A stretch of 64,000 bases of DNA from Candidatus Dadabacteria bacterium (GTDB lineage: Bacteria > Desulfobacterota_D > UBA1144 > Nemesobacterales > CSP1-2): contig CAWDVW010000007.1 of assembly GCA_963805855.1 (NCBI GenBank), positions 391,457-455,456 of the forward strand. Reading direction: 5' to 3'. Under the pieces are notes generated by a model, which worked only from the letters and a program-made list of their open reading frames with translations, did not search any database and was not told the origin of the DNA. Positions 9,784-20,460 of this stretch are shown piece after piece. The translations under genes and the position numbers were made by a program. The stretch's first letter is position 1, and each line of letters starts with the position of its first letter.

Positions 9784-12700
9784 ATGCATTCAAAGCCTAA
9801 GTTTAGAAAGAAGGTAAAACATTTTCAAAGAGTCCTGGTGGCAAATCGAGGAGAGATTGCAATTCGAGTATTTCGCGCGTGCACCGAGCTCGGCATAAAT
9901 ACAGTTGCAATCTATTCTGAAGAGGATTCTTTTTCTCTGCACAGAAGCAAGGCCGACGAAGCCTACTTAATCGGGAAAGACAAGGGTCCGGTCGAGGCGT
10001 ATTTGGATATAGATGGGATTATAAGTCTGGCGATTGAAAAGAATGTTGACGCCATTCATCCCGGATACGGATTCTTATCTGAAAATCCAGATCTCGCTAG
10101 GGCATGTATTGATGCGGGGATATCCTTCATTGGTCCCCCTCCAGAGGTGACTGAGCTGATGGGCGATAAGGCGGCAGCGAGGAGATTGGCCACCAGGTCG
10201 GGGGTACCTATCGTTCCCGGAACAGAGGGATTTGTGGAAAATGATGAACAAGCTATCAAGTTTTCAAGAGGCGCCGGGTTCCCGGTGATTATAAAGGCTG
10301 CCCACGGCGGGGGAGGCAGGGGAATTAGAATCAACTATGATCAAAAGTCTCTGATAGAGAACCTTCCACAGGCTAGGTCAGAGGCGAAGGCGGCATTCGG
10401 AAGTGATGCCGTACTACTAGAAAAATACATTGAAAATCCAAAACATGTAGAAGTGCAGGTCCTGGGTGATCAATACGGTAACGTGATTCATTTATTTGAA
10501 CGCGACTGTTCCGTTCAAAGAAGACATCAGAAGGTGACGGAACTGGCGCCCGCATTAACGCTTGACCGTGATTTTAAGGAGAGGATTTATGATGCGGCTC
10601 TCCGATTATCTAATGCCGCGAATTATACAAGTGCGGGCACGGTTGAATTTTTAGTCGACCTAAAGGGAAATTTCTATTTTATCGAGATGAACACCCGCAT
10701 CCAGGTAGAACACACCGTCACAGAACTGATTACCGGTGTGGATCTTGTCCAAGCCCAGATACGAATTGCAGAAGGTCATAGATTGCACGACCCCCAAACA
10801 GGGATTCCCAGGGGTTCCGCGTTAAGATGTAACGGATATGCGCTACAGTGCCGCATTACTACAGAAGATCCGACAAATAACTTTACCCCTGATATAGGTC
10901 GATTAATTGCGTATCGGTCCCCCGGTGGATTCGGAATAAGGCTTGATGCCGCCAGTGCCTATGTAGGTGCCGCGATCACGCCGTATTACGATTCCATGCT
11001 GGTAAAAGTTACCTCTTGGGGTTTAACATTTGATCAGTGTGTCAAGAAGATGGATAGGGCGCTGCAAGAGTTTCGCATCCGAGGGGTTAAAACAAATATC
11101 CCTTTCCTGATTAAGCTGATCAGGCATCCTGTGTTCAAAAGAGGGGAATGCACAACGAGTTTTCTCCAGGATCACCCGGAAGTCTTTGACATAAAGGAAC
11201 CACGGGACAGGGCTACCAGGCTTTTGAACTTTATTGGAGATGTCACTATAAACCAATCCCTTAAGAAGCCCAAGACCTGGGAAGAACATCCACCCCTAAG
11301 ACCGATTTTACCGTCAACAGACCACAACAGGTCAGTGGTTCCTGAACACAGACAGGTTTTTGACCGGGAGGGTCCGGAGGGATTATCAAAGTGGATTTTG
11401 AAACAAAAACGTTTGCTTGTGACAGACACGACATTTCGCGATGCTCATCAATCTCTGCTCGCGACGCGACTGAGAACCTATGATATGCATAATATCGCAA
11501 AGGCAACTGGCCATTTGGGGAGAAATATTTATTCATTCGAGATGTGGGGTGGGGCGACATTCGACGTATGTCTGAGATTTCTCAAAGAATGCCCCTGGAA
11601 CCGAGTTTCAAAGCTCCGGGAATCTATGCCTCACGCCATCCTCCAAATGCTGCTCCGCGGCGCTAATGCTGTCGGATATGCCAACTACCCGGATAATATC
11701 GTAAGAGAATTCATAAGAGAGGCAGCAAGGTGTGGGATAGACCTATTCAGAATCTTTGATTGCTTCAATTGGATCCCGAATATGAAGGTTTCAATAGAAA
11801 CGGCCCTTGACACAGGCAAGATAGTTGAAGCAGCAATATGTTATTCAGGAGATATTACCGACCCAAAACGGGATAAATACACGCTTAAGTACTACGTAGA
11901 TCTCGCGAGGGAACTTTCGAAAATGCATGTCCACCTTATCGCGATCAAGGATATGGCCGGACTATGTAAACCCTTTGCGGCGGAAAAGCTGGTCCGCGCT
12001 ATAAAAGAAGAAACGGGGCTCCCCTTGCATTTTCACACACATGCGACCAGCGGAAACGGGGAGGCAACAGTTCTCAAAGCTGCCGAAGCAGGCGCGGACA
12101 TTGTTGATTCGGCCATCAGCTCATTATCTGGACTGACCTCTCAGCCTAGTTTAAATGCGGTTGTCGCTGCCCTGGAAGGAACTGAGCGGGACACGTTGAT
12201 CGATGTAAAGGACTTAAACAAACTCTCAACATACTGGGAGGCGGTCAGAGGCTATTATGCGCCATTTGAAGGGGATATGAAATCTTCCAATGCAGATGTG
12301 TATCTATACGAAATCCCAGGCGGTCAATACACAAACCTGCGTTCACAGGCCCAATTGCTTGGATTAGGAGATAGGTGGGAAGATATAAAACAGATGTACG
12401 CCGAGGCAAATAAACTCTTTGGCGATATCATTAAGGTGACTCCATCTTCAAAGGCGGTGGGGGACATGGCCCTATTTTTGGTTCAGAACGATCTCAAACC
12501 AGATGATGTTATAGAGAAAGCCGACCAATTGACCTTTCCCAAATCTGTTATCGATATGATGGAGGGACACCTCGGGCAGACCCTGGGAGGATTTCCTCCT
12601 GACATTCAAAAGGCTATTTTAAGAGATAAAACACCGATAAATGTAAGACCAGGGGAGTTAATCCCACCGGCAGATTTCAATGGCAACAGAAAGAGATTAG

Positions 12701-13263
12701 AGCTGGAGCTAAATCATCGCATAACAGATCAGGATTTGGTCTCAGCCTTTCTTTATCCGGGAGTCTTTGAAGAATTCGATAAGCATAGGACGCTCTACGG
12801 AGACATTTCTGTCGTTCCCACATCCGCGTTCTATTATGGGATGGAGCCAGGAGAAGAGACCACTTTAGAGATTGAGGAAGGCAAAACGATTCTCGTAAAG
12901 CTTTTTGCCATTGGGGAAAGCGAGCCTGATGGAAGGGTGCCACTACTGTTTGAGGTTAATGGTCAGCCTCGACCGGTGAGGGTGTTGGATAAATCAGCTA
13001 CAGGCGCATCTATAAAGGCTAGACCAAGAGCAGACATAAAAAACCCTCTGGAAGTTGGGGCACCGCTAGGCGGCAAGGTAGTGAATCTGCTTGTTAAAGA
13101 GGGGGATAAAATAAGCCACGATCAGCCCTTGTTTACGATAGAAGCGATGAAGATGAGAACTAATATCAAAGCCATAAATGAGGGCGTTGTTTCGAAGGTT
13201 CTAATATCCGAGGGGGACAGTGTTGACGCGGGGGAGCTAGTTCTACGGCTGTCTGATGAATGA
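9784..13263 (+). CDS. pyc: Pyruvate carboxylase, single-chain (biotin carboxylase, carboxyltransferase and biotinyl domain)
   Basis: 1159 aa. The N-terminal BC domain reads ILVANRGEIAIRV. The TIM-barrel CT domain contains HFHTHATSGNG. The C-terminal biotin attachment site is EAMKM. Confidence 0.95.
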   Translation: MHSKPKFRKKVKHFQRVLVANRGEIAIRVFRACTELGINTVAIYSEEDSFSLHRSKADEAYLIGKDKGPVEAYLDIDGIISLAIEKNVDAIHPGYGFLSENPDLARACIDAGISFIGPPPEVTELMGDKAAARRLATRSGVPIVPGTEGFVENDEQAIKFSRGAGFPVIIKAAHGGGGRGIRINYDQKSLIENLPQARSEAKAAFGSDAVLLEKYIENPKHVEVQVLGDQYGNVIHLFERDCSVQRRHQKVTELAPALTLDRDFKERIYDAALRLSNAANYTSAGTVEFLVDLKGNFYFIEMNTRIQVEHTVTELITGVDLVQAQIRIAEGHRLHDPQTGIPRGSALRCNGYALQCRITTEDPTNNFTPDIGRLIAYRSPGGFGIRLDAASAYVGAAITPYYDSMLVKVTSWGLTFDQCVKKMDRALQEFRIRGVKTNIPFLIKLIRHPVFKRGECTTSFLQDHPEVFDIKEPRDRATRLLNFIGDVTINQSLKKPKTWEEHPPLRPILPSTDHNRSVVPEHRQVFDREGPEGLSKWILKQKRLLVTDTTFRDAHQSLLATRLRTYDMHNIAKATGHLGRNIYSFEMWGGATFDVCLRFLKECPWNRVSKLRESMPHAILQMLLRGANAVGYANYPDNIVREFIREAARCGIDLFRIFDCFNWIPNMKVSIETALDTGKIVEAAICYSGDITDPKRDKYTLKYYVDLARELSKMHVHLIAIKDMAGLCKPFAAEKLVRAIKEETGLPLHFHTHATSGNGEATVLKAAEAGADIVDSAISSLSGLTSQPSLNAVVAALEGTERDTLIDVKDLNKLSTYWEAVRGYYAPFEGDMKSSNADVYLYEIPGGQYTNLRSQAQLLGLGDRWEDIKQMYAEANKLFGDIIKVTPSSKAVGDMALFLVQNDLKPDDVIEKADQLTFPKSVIDMMEGHLGQTLGGFPPDIQKAILRDKTPINVRPGELIPPADFNGNRKRLELELNHRITDQDLVSAFLYPGVFEEFDKHRTLYGDISVVPTSAFYYGMEPGEETTLEIEEGKTILVKLFAIGESEPDGRVPLLFEVNGQPRPVRVLDKSATGASIKARPRADIKNPLEVGAPLGGKVVNLLVKEGDKISHDQPLFTIEAMKMRTNIKAINEGVVSKVLISEGDSVDAGELVLRLSDE

Positions 13264-13276
13264 AGTGATACGTATG

Positions 13277-13334
13277 GAACACATATCCTTCGACTACGCT
13301 CAGGACAGGTATGCGTTCCCAGGTTTTGTTTTTC
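13277..13334 (+). terminator. Rho-independent terminator for pyc, built from a degenerate palindrome/insert repeat copy
   Basis: Stem GGAACACATATCC ... GGTATGCGTTCC around a loop containing TCCTTCGACTACGCTCAGGACAG. It is followed by CAGGTTTTGTTTTTC, 14 nt after the stop codon. Confidence 0.6.
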
Positions 13335-13641
13335 AATAGATCAGGTTAACCATCGAGTATTTGAATCAGTCTACAAAATTAGCAATTAACTATTTTTCTA
13401 TAGTATTCCTTACTACTCGTACCGATATTAGTCAGATTTTCTATATCGGCTTCCCATTTTAGTGGATTATATCTGATATATTCCCTGATTTTGTTAAAGC
13501 TTCTTTCGGTTCTGATTATATGATCGTAGAATGATTTTTGCCATTGAAATTTACTATGTTCGCATGAATACCTGATTTTACGGGTAACAGATGATTTGTA
13601 TTATTGTACTATAGTCGATAATAGCATCTTTGTCCTGTTGG

Positions 13642-13669
13642 GTAGGGAACGCATATATGCGTTCCCTAC
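13642..13669. repeat. Perfect 28-bp palindrome GTAGGGAACGCATATATGCGTTCCCTAC, copy identical to 551-578
   Basis: Exact match. It lies between the convergent pyc and ICMT-methyltransferase genes and is a candidate bidirectional terminator hairpin. Confidence 0.9.
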
Positions 13670-13675
13670 ATGTAA

Positions 13676-14209
13676 TTATACATCTGTATGTCTGACTTGG
13701 TTTCTCCGTATATTGTCAAGAGCATTTTCTTCGATTTTAATTCTTCTTCGAATCAAAATCAAATTGACGATACTGAATAGTATTGACGTTAAATAACAGG
13801 AGAATATCAATGGGATGACCGCTATCTCCAATATGACTGCTATGTAATTTGGATGTTTAAGGTATTTATAGGGGCCCGTGCTTACGCGCTCGGAGCCTGG
13901 AACGACGAGGACCTTGGTATTCCAATACACCCCTAAGCTCGATATAGCCCAGTACCTGAGTATCTGGGCAATCAAAAAAATAAGCAGGAATACGAGCCAA
14001 AATTTGTTTAACTCCCTTTGAAGCGAAAATTTCTCGAGCACGAGAGAGATAAGAAAGGCAACGTGCGTGACCACAATGTACTTGTAACCATCTCTGTCGA
14101 ATTCGAGAGCCCCTTTTGATTTGACTATTTGCTCATTACGCTTTGCAAGACGTAGCTCTAGAAGGCGCTGTGAAACGAGAAGGGCGAGGAATATCCAAAA
14201 AAAGATCAT
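13676..14209 (-). CDS. ICMT-family (isoprenylcysteine carboxyl methyltransferase-like) integral-membrane methyltransferase, BpsB-like
   Basis: 177 aa, multi-TM, with a C-terminal region typical of ICMT/PEMT-family AdoMet methyltransferases. The start overlaps the type III PKS stop (ATGA). Confidence 0.7.
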   Translation of the reverse strand: MIFFWIFLALLVSQRLLELRLAKRNEQIVKSKGALEFDRDGYKYIVVTHVAFLISLVLEKFSLQRELNKFWLVFLLIFLIAQILRYWAISSLGVYWNTKVLVVPGSERVSTGPYKYLKHPNYIAVILEIAVIPLIFSCYLTSILFSIVNLILIRRRIKIEENALDNIRRNQVRHTDV

Positions 14210-15291
14210 ACAACCTGGAATAAAATTATTTCAGAGCTGAAGCCGGGACCCAGCGCTGAGATAAGACCATAATCGCCGGCGCCGTATTCGCCGCTATCGA
14301 GGAAATCTTTTAAAACATACAGTACAGTAGGTGAGGACATATTGCCATGATCGCGGAGTACGTTTCTGGAATGACCGAGTGCCCCGTCGGCAAGACCAAG
14401 AGATTCTTCATAGGAATTTATGACCTTAATCCCTCCAGGGTGAAAAACATAATGCTTGACATCATTAATCGAGAGGTCATACATTTCAAGTAGCTCTTCA
14501 ATATTCTCATGTACATATTTTCTCACAATTGTGGGGATGTCCTTACTGAAGATTGCCTTGAACCCCGCATCCACTATTTCCCAACCCATTACATCCAAAG
14601 AATCATAGTAAGTCGTAGTCAGGGAATGGATTAGCTTTATGCCTCCTAGTCCGTAAAGGCGGTGTTCGCATCCTGCCACCAGAGTAGCGGCGGCGCCATC
14701 GGAGAATAGAGCCATGGCAACTATATTACTTTTAGAGTAATCTTCCCTCAATATCGAAAGGCTGCAAATTTCCAGTGCGATCAGAAGAACCGCACTCCTC
14801 GGAAAAGCTGTTGTGTACTCCATAGCCCGACTCAGACCTACAGCCCCTCCTACGCAACCCAATCCCCAGACAGGTGATCGTTTCAGGTGAGGATCGAGTC
14901 TTAAGTTATTTATTATTATGGCATCTATGGAAGGGGTTGAAATGCCCGTACTCGATATATATATGATATGATCAAAATCCGACAGGTGGGCATCTATCTT
15001 GCCGATACACTTTCCGATGGCGTCTATTGATAAAGTAGAGGCATTCTTGACGTACTCCTCGTTTTTTTCAACAAAACTGTGAGCCTGAAAAAACCATTCC
15101 GGGGGCTGAGTGAAATGCCTGGATTCTATCATTGAGTTATCAAAAACTCTTATCATTTTATCTATATGATCGCGCTTATCGCTGAAAAGTTGATAGGTGA
15201 AATTCTTAATATCACTCTGAGAAAAGTGATATGGGACGTCAGCAAGTCCTACAGAAATCAGTTTCGGGTTACCCTCTGTCTTTGATAGCAA
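14206..15291 (-). CDS. Type III polyketide synthase (chalcone/stilbene synthase family, BpsA/alkylpyrone synthase-like)
   Basis: Catalytic Cys in GLGCVGG, plus FHPGG and GNMSS(P) motifs characteristic of the CHS-like thiolase fold. 361 aa. Confidence 0.85.
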   Translation of the reverse strand: MLSKTEGNPKLISVGLADVPYHFSQSDIKNFTYQLFSDKRDHIDKMIRVFDNSMIESRHFTQPPEWFFQAHSFVEKNEEYVKNASTLSIDAIGKCIGKIDAHLSDFDHIIYISSTGISTPSIDAIIINNLRLDPHLKRSPVWGLGCVGGAVGLSRAMEYTTAFPRSAVLLIALEICSLSILREDYSKSNIVAMALFSDGAAATLVAGCEHRLYGLGGIKLIHSLTTTYYDSLDVMGWEIVDAGFKAIFSKDIPTIVRKYVHENIEELLEMYDLSINDVKHYVFHPGGIKVINSYEESLGLADGALGHSRNVLRDHGNMSSPTVLYVLKDFLDSGEYGAGDYGLISALGPGFSSEIILFQVV

Positions 15292-15545
15292 TTGGCCTCA
15301 ATCTCGAAGGATAATGTTATTGGTCTAAGTTTACAAATAAAAGTTAGCTGACATATTATACTTATTCAATCAAAGGCTTAGATACGTAATGCATGACTAT
15401 TGGAATATCATTTCATCCTGCTGAGTCCTGTCGTCGATCTTATCAATCCTTTTACCATAGAGAATTTAGATCTGATAACTTGGGTAGAGGCTCTTTATGG
15501 TAAACTGAACTGTAATTATAATATCTTGAAAGGAGGGAAATCAAC

Positions 15546-17015
15546 TTGGACTTTAAGCTAAGCAAACGTGATCCACTGGAAGTGAAATGCGACGTGCTGG
15601 TTTTCGGGAAGTTTGAAAATGAGAGGATTGGAGGGTTGATTAAAAAGGCAGATAAGGCCATGGAGAATGTGCTGGATCGTACATTCGAGCAAGAAAAATT
15701 TAAGGGCGAAATAGGAAAGAGTGTAATGATAAATGCCCTGGGCAAATTAAAGGCTGACCGAATCCTGATAGTCGGCCTCGGGAAAAAGTCTAAATTTAAT
15801 CTCGACGTGTTAAGGAAGCTGGGAATTCACACCGCCAAAAGAACTAATTCACTTTCGCAAAGAACAGCCTTTGCTCTTGAAATCTCGGCGAATAGGGGAA
15901 ATTTCGCAGCAGTTGCTGAGGGAATGATGCTTGGGTGCTATAACTTCAATAAGTACAAGACAAACGATAAAGGCTCTGAGGGGGACCGGACGGTGGAGTT
16001 TATCACCGATAAGGTTAGGGAGAAAATGTTCAGCGGTGAGGTTGAATACGCAAAAATCATCGCAGAAGCGACCAATTTCGCGAGAGACTTGGTGAATGAA
16101 CCTCCCTTGGCCCTGACGCCAAAAAGGCTCGCCGAGATTGCAGCAGAGATTGCAAAAGATGGGAAACTCGGCTGTAAGATTTTCGATACAAAGGAGATCG
16201 AAAAGAGAGGAATGGGGGGTCTGACCGCAGTTTCAAAAGGAAGCGATGAGCCGCCAAAGTTTATACATCTAACATTTGAATCAACAAGAACGCCAAGAAA
16301 AACAGTTGCAATTGTGGGCAAGGGAATTACATTCGATTCGGGTGGCCTATGTATAAAACCCAGCGACAGCATGCGAACGATGAAGATGGACATGAGTGGA
16401 GCGGCCTGCATCCTGGGTGTCATGAAGGCACTTCCAAAGCTAAACCCCCCGGTAAGAGTCCATGGGCTCGTCTCTGCGGCTGAAAACATGCCCGGCGGAA
16501 AGGCGTATAAACCGGACGACATAATCCGCGCACTCGACGGGAAGACAATAGAGGTTGTCAACACAGATGCAGAGGGCAGAATTGTTCTCGCTGACGCCCT
16601 CTGCTATGCCGTTCAACTAAAGATCAAAGAAATAGTAGACCTCGCAACCCTTACCGGGGCATGCATAGTGGGACTGGGGAACTATACTGCGGGTGTAATG
16701 GGTAATAATCAACCATTGATAAATCGGATTCTCGATGCTGCAAACCTGGCAGGCGAAAAGGTATGGCAGCTTCCGCTCGACGAAGAACTCAGAAAGGAGA
16801 TTGATAGTGATGTTGCGGATGTTAAAAATGTTGGCAGTCGATGGGGAGGCGCGATTACAGCAGCAATGTTCTTAGAGAAGTTTGTCGGTGATACCCCGTG
16901 GGCGCACATCGACATTGCCGGACCAGCGTACTTAGAGAAGGGCGGCGATTGGTATCCCAAGGGCGGGACCGGTTTCGGGGTAAGAACAGTTATACGTTAC
17001 CTGCTGGGACGATAA
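15546..17015 (+). CDS. pepA: Leucyl aminopeptidase (M17)
   Basis: NTDAEGRIVLADAL signature and the VGKGITFDSGG motif. TTG start with an AAAGGAGG SD 8 nt upstream. Confidence 0.92.
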   Translation: MDFKLSKRDPLEVKCDVLVFGKFENERIGGLIKKADKAMENVLDRTFEQEKFKGEIGKSVMINALGKLKADRILIVGLGKKSKFNLDVLRKLGIHTAKRTNSLSQRTAFALEISANRGNFAAVAEGMMLGCYNFNKYKTNDKGSEGDRTVEFITDKVREKMFSGEVEYAKIIAEATNFARDLVNEPPLALTPKRLAEIAAEIAKDGKLGCKIFDTKEIEKRGMGGLTAVSKGSDEPPKFIHLTFESTRTPRKTVAIVGKGITFDSGGLCIKPSDSMRTMKMDMSGAACILGVMKALPKLNPPVRVHGLVSAAENMPGGKAYKPDDIIRALDGKTIEVVNTDAEGRIVLADALCYAVQLKIKEIVDLATLTGACIVGLGNYTAGVMGNNQPLINRILDAANLAGEKVWQLPLDEELRKEIDSDVADVKNVGSRWGGAITAAMFLEKFVGDTPWAHIDIAGPAYLEKGGDWYPKGGTGFGVRTVIRYLLGR

Positions 17016-17065
17016 TTAAATACCCAACAATACCAAAATATATCCGATGGAGAACCTTGCTATAA

Positions 17066-18712
17066 ATGCTGCAGAGAATAATTGACTCGCTTGGCAAATA
17101 TAACCTTATTGAGATAGTACTTGAAGGTGAATTGCCCGAAGAAGAAGAAAAATCTCTAATACCATTTTTTCCAAGAAAGAAAAAGCTCACCATATGGGAC
17201 TTAGAAAAAATATTTGATCATGCAGCGAAAAGCCAAAGCGTCAAAGGTGTCCTGCTGATAATTAGGAATCTCAAGATCGGTTTGGCGAGGGCATGGGGAA
17301 TTAGAAGAAATATATGCGAGTTAAGAGAAAGCGGGAAAATGGTTTCTGTCTATCTAGAAGCTGGTGGAAATATTGAATACCTGATCAGCTCGGCCGCTGA
17401 AATGATTTTCTTTTCGCCATGGTCAACACTGAATTTGGTAGGTCTCAAAGCGGAAGTCTCTTTTCTGAAAGACACGTTTGATAGACTCGGTATAGAGGCG
17501 CAGCTCAGGGGCCTTGGTCAGTATAAAAGCGCGGCCGAAACATTTACGAGAACAAGTATGTCAGATCCCCATAGAGAGATGCTGGCTTCAATTCTTGACG
17601 ACTTTTACGAGCAGTTTATTGAAAGTATTTCTCATGGCAGGGGAACCGAAGATAATTCAATAAGAGAATTGGTGGACAGGGGTCCTTTCACGGCGGAAGA
17701 CGCGCTTCGAGAGGGACTTGTGGACGGGATTGGTTATCAAGGTGATTTCGAGGAGAAAATACGGGAGTCGCTAGCCATTCAAATAAGAAAGATAGGTGCA
17801 TTAAGTTTATTGAGACTCATTAATTTTAAGGAGTTTATTCGACGTGTTATTGCAAAGATTAAAGGTAAATCTCAGGTCATCGCAATCGTGGCTGACTCAG
17901 GGATGATTTCTCACGGATCGAGCAAAGGCACCGGAATGGCAAAGATACTGGGTTCCCAGACAATCATTAGCCACCTGAATAATCTGGCCAAAGACCGCGA
18001 TGTAAAGGCGATTGTCTTACGGATTCTCACACCAGGGGGTTCTGGCCTAGCCTCTGATTTGATATGCCACCAGCTTAAGGTCATCGCCGAACAGAAACCG
18101 ATTGTTGTGTCAATGTCTGACGTAGCCGCTTCCGGCGGTTATCTCATTGGATTAGGAGCTAATAAAATAGTGGCCGAACCATTCACCCTAACCGGATCGA
18201 TTGGGATAATATCGGGAAAATTCAACCTACAAAAACTCTACGACAAACTGGGAGTGGTAAAGGAATCTGTTATACGCGGCAAGAGTGCCCTGATGTTTTC
18301 CAGCTCGAGGGGTTTTACGAAGACTGAAGAAGAGAATCTATTAAAAATGATGAAATCCCTCTATAATCGGTTTGTCGAAAGGGTTGCAAGAGAGAGAAAG
18401 AAGGATTTTGAGAATGCTGAAAGCCTGTCACGGGGAAGGGTGTGGACAGGGAGACAGGCGAAAAACCATGGTCTCATAGACGAGATTGGCGGCATGAGAT
18501 TAGCTATCGAAGTGGCGAAGAGAGAGGCCGGCATACCCGAGACTATTTCTCCTATTGTTAAGTTTATTTCAAAGCCAAAAGGACTTCAATTTGATCCTTT
18601 CGCAAAGAGTATTGCATTGAAACAGCAGTTCGAAACACTGATCGAATTAGCGACTAATCTGAACGATGAATCTGCTTTCGCACTGATGCCATTCTGGATC
18701 AGAATAAGATAA
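17066..18712 (+). CDS. sppA: Signal peptide peptidase SppA, 67K type (protease IV, S49)
   Basis: Two tandem S49 ClpP-like domains. The catalytic Ser is in the MSDVAASGGY context. 548 aa. Confidence 0.88.
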   Translation: MLQRIIDSLGKYNLIEIVLEGELPEEEEKSLIPFFPRKKKLTIWDLEKIFDHAAKSQSVKGVLLIIRNLKIGLARAWGIRRNICELRESGKMVSVYLEAGGNIEYLISSAAEMIFFSPWSTLNLVGLKAEVSFLKDTFDRLGIEAQLRGLGQYKSAAETFTRTSMSDPHREMLASILDDFYEQFIESISHGRGTEDNSIRELVDRGPFTAEDALREGLVDGIGYQGDFEEKIRESLAIQIRKIGALSLLRLINFKEFIRRVIAKIKGKSQVIAIVADSGMISHGSSKGTGMAKILGSQTIISHLNNLAKDRDVKAIVLRILTPGGSGLASDLICHQLKVIAEQKPIVVSMSDVAASGGYLIGLGANKIVAEPFTLTGSIGIISGKFNLQKLYDKLGVVKESVIRGKSALMFSSSRGFTKTEEENLLKMMKSLYNRFVERVARERKKDFENAESLSRGRVWTGRQAKNHGLIDEIGGMRLAIEVAKREAGIPETISPIVKFISKPKGLQFDPFAKSIALKQQFETLIELATNLNDESAFALMPFWIRIR

Positions 18713-18743
18713 GACGGTTGAGGAGGTTAAATCTTAGGGTCGG

Positions 18744-19670
18744 TTATCGGTTTAGAAATTCCAGCCATTTAAAAAACTTTTTATCTTTGCCTCGAATTAT
18801 ATCAAAAAATCTAGCCTGCAGTCTTTTTGTGATCCTTCCGGGTTTACCATTACCTATTTTTCTGCCGTCAACCTCCCGTAAGGGGGTAATTTCGGCTGCC
18901 GTGCCGGTGAGAAATGCCTCGTCGGCAATATATAGTTCGTCTCTGGTGAATCTCTCAGTCTCGATCTCAAGTCCCTCATCGTTCGCTATCTCGATGATAC
19001 AATTTCTCGTAATTCCCTCGAGTATTGAGGTGAGAGGAGGAGTCTTCAATCTCCCATTTCTCACGATGAAGATATTTTCACCGCTACCCTCTGCGACGTA
19101 GCCTTCGTTATCCAGCATTATAGCTTCATCGAATCCCAGGGATGTAACCTCAAGCTTCGCCAAAACGGAGTTAACATAGTTTCCGCTAATTTTCGCCTTG
19201 GTCATGAAGGAGTTTACGTTCATTCTGGTGTACGAGGAGATCTTGGCTTTTATGCCCTTTGTCACACCGTCACCACCGAAGTATGCGCCCCATGGGTACG
19301 CAGCGATAGCGACACGCACCGGGTTTTTCCCGGGATGCACTCCCATAATTCCCGAGCCGATGAAAACGATTGGTCTTATATAACCCTCTTGCAGCTTGTT
19401 TTTTATGAGTAGTTCGAATATAGCATTCCTTATTTCCTTTTTCGAGAAAGGTATGGCTATTTGTGCGATATGCGCAGATGAAAAAAGCCTGTCAATATGT
19501 TCAGTCAGTCGGAATATCGCGGGACGGTTATCCTGACATTTATAAGCTCTTATTCCTTCGAACACGCCCAATCCGTAGTGGAGCGTATGTGTAAGTACAT
19601 GTACGTCTGCCCGGTCCCATGGTACAAGTTTCCCATCAAACCAAATTTTATAAGCCTTACGGGACATCAA
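18744..19670 (-). CDS. ilvE: Branched-chain amino acid aminotransferase
   Basis: Fold-type IV PLP enzyme with an EGSGENIF-type motif (ExGxxNxF). 308 aa. Confidence 0.9.
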   Translation of the reverse strand: MMSRKAYKIWFDGKLVPWDRADVHVLTHTLHYGLGVFEGIRAYKCQDNRPAIFRLTEHIDRLFSSAHIAQIAIPFSKKEIRNAIFELLIKNKLQEGYIRPIVFIGSGIMGVHPGKNPVRVAIAAYPWGAYFGGDGVTKGIKAKISSYTRMNVNSFMTKAKISGNYVNSVLAKLEVTSLGFDEAIMLDNEGYVAEGSGENIFIVRNGRLKTPPLTSILEGITRNCIIEIANDEGLEIETERFTRDELYIADEAFLTGTAAEITPLREVDGRKIGNGKPGRITKRLQARFFDIIRGKDKKFFKWLEFLNR

Positions 19671-19791
19671 AATCTCCTAGAAAATGGCGAAGAGTAAAAA
19701 AGCACATAGAATATTGCTTACAATATACATGGTTGTCAAGTATATTCTGCCTATTTTCTTGACTACGGCGGTTTTCTGGGAATAATTATAT

Positions 19792-20418
19792 TTGCATATG
19801 CAAGAAAATTTATCCGGACACGTCGTAATTAAGAAATATAGCAACAGACGTCTCTATGATACCAAACATAAAAAATATGTTACCTTAGAAGAGATCGGCG
19901 CACTTATTCGCGAGGGTAGCGAGATTAAGGTGATCGACACTCAGACCGGAGAAGATATATCGAAGCTGATTCTGATTCAGGTGGTTTTGGAAAGCGAAAA
20001 AAATAAAGAAGATATACTTCCGGTATCCTTCCTGCACATGCTTATAAAATATGGCAATAAGATCGCAAGAGACTTTATCGAGAACTCATTCCTCATGATG
20101 TTCCAACCGTATTTATCGTTTCAAGATAGTTTGAAAAAGAACATGAGTTTGTGGAAGGGGACGGGGTTGATGCCGCCAGGGCTCGAGATGCCTTTTCCCT
20201 CTGAGGGACAGGATGTAACGTCAGAAAGAAAAAATGATCATGAGCCCGAGTCTTCGCCCGAGGCGGAAGAATCACAACCTTCGCCTTTGGAACTTGAGGC
20301 GCTGCGACAAAAGATAAAGGAACTCGATAACAAAATTCAGAAGTTGGATAGAGGTCATCGGGTTAAGTCGAAGAAGCGAGTTAGTCGCTCAAAAACTATT
20401 AAAGCCTCAAATCCCTGA
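19792..20418 (+). CDS. phaR: Polyhydroxyalkanoate synthesis repressor PhaR
   Basis: N-terminal IKKYSNRRLYDT is the hallmark PhaR DNA-binding motif, followed by a C-terminal coiled coil. Confidence 0.85.
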   Translation: MHMQENLSGHVVIKKYSNRRLYDTKHKKYVTLEEIGALIREGSEIKVIDTQTGEDISKLILIQVVLESEKNKEDILPVSFLHMLIKYGNKIARDFIENSFLMMFQPYLSFQDSLKKNMSLWKGTGLMPPGLEMPFPSEGQDVTSERKNDHEPESSPEAEESQPSPLELEALRQKIKELDNKIQKLDRGHRVKSKKRVSRSKTIKASNP

Positions 20419-20460
20419 AATTTACGATTTATACGTAAAGAGTCATAATCTGCGGTCACG

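Noticed and set aside
13596-13796. 66-aa ORF spanning the palindrome and overlapping the ICMT gene end
   Set aside because: It runs through the perfect palindrome and into the 3' end of the ICMT gene on the opposite strand, and it has no SD. It is an intergenic shadow frame.
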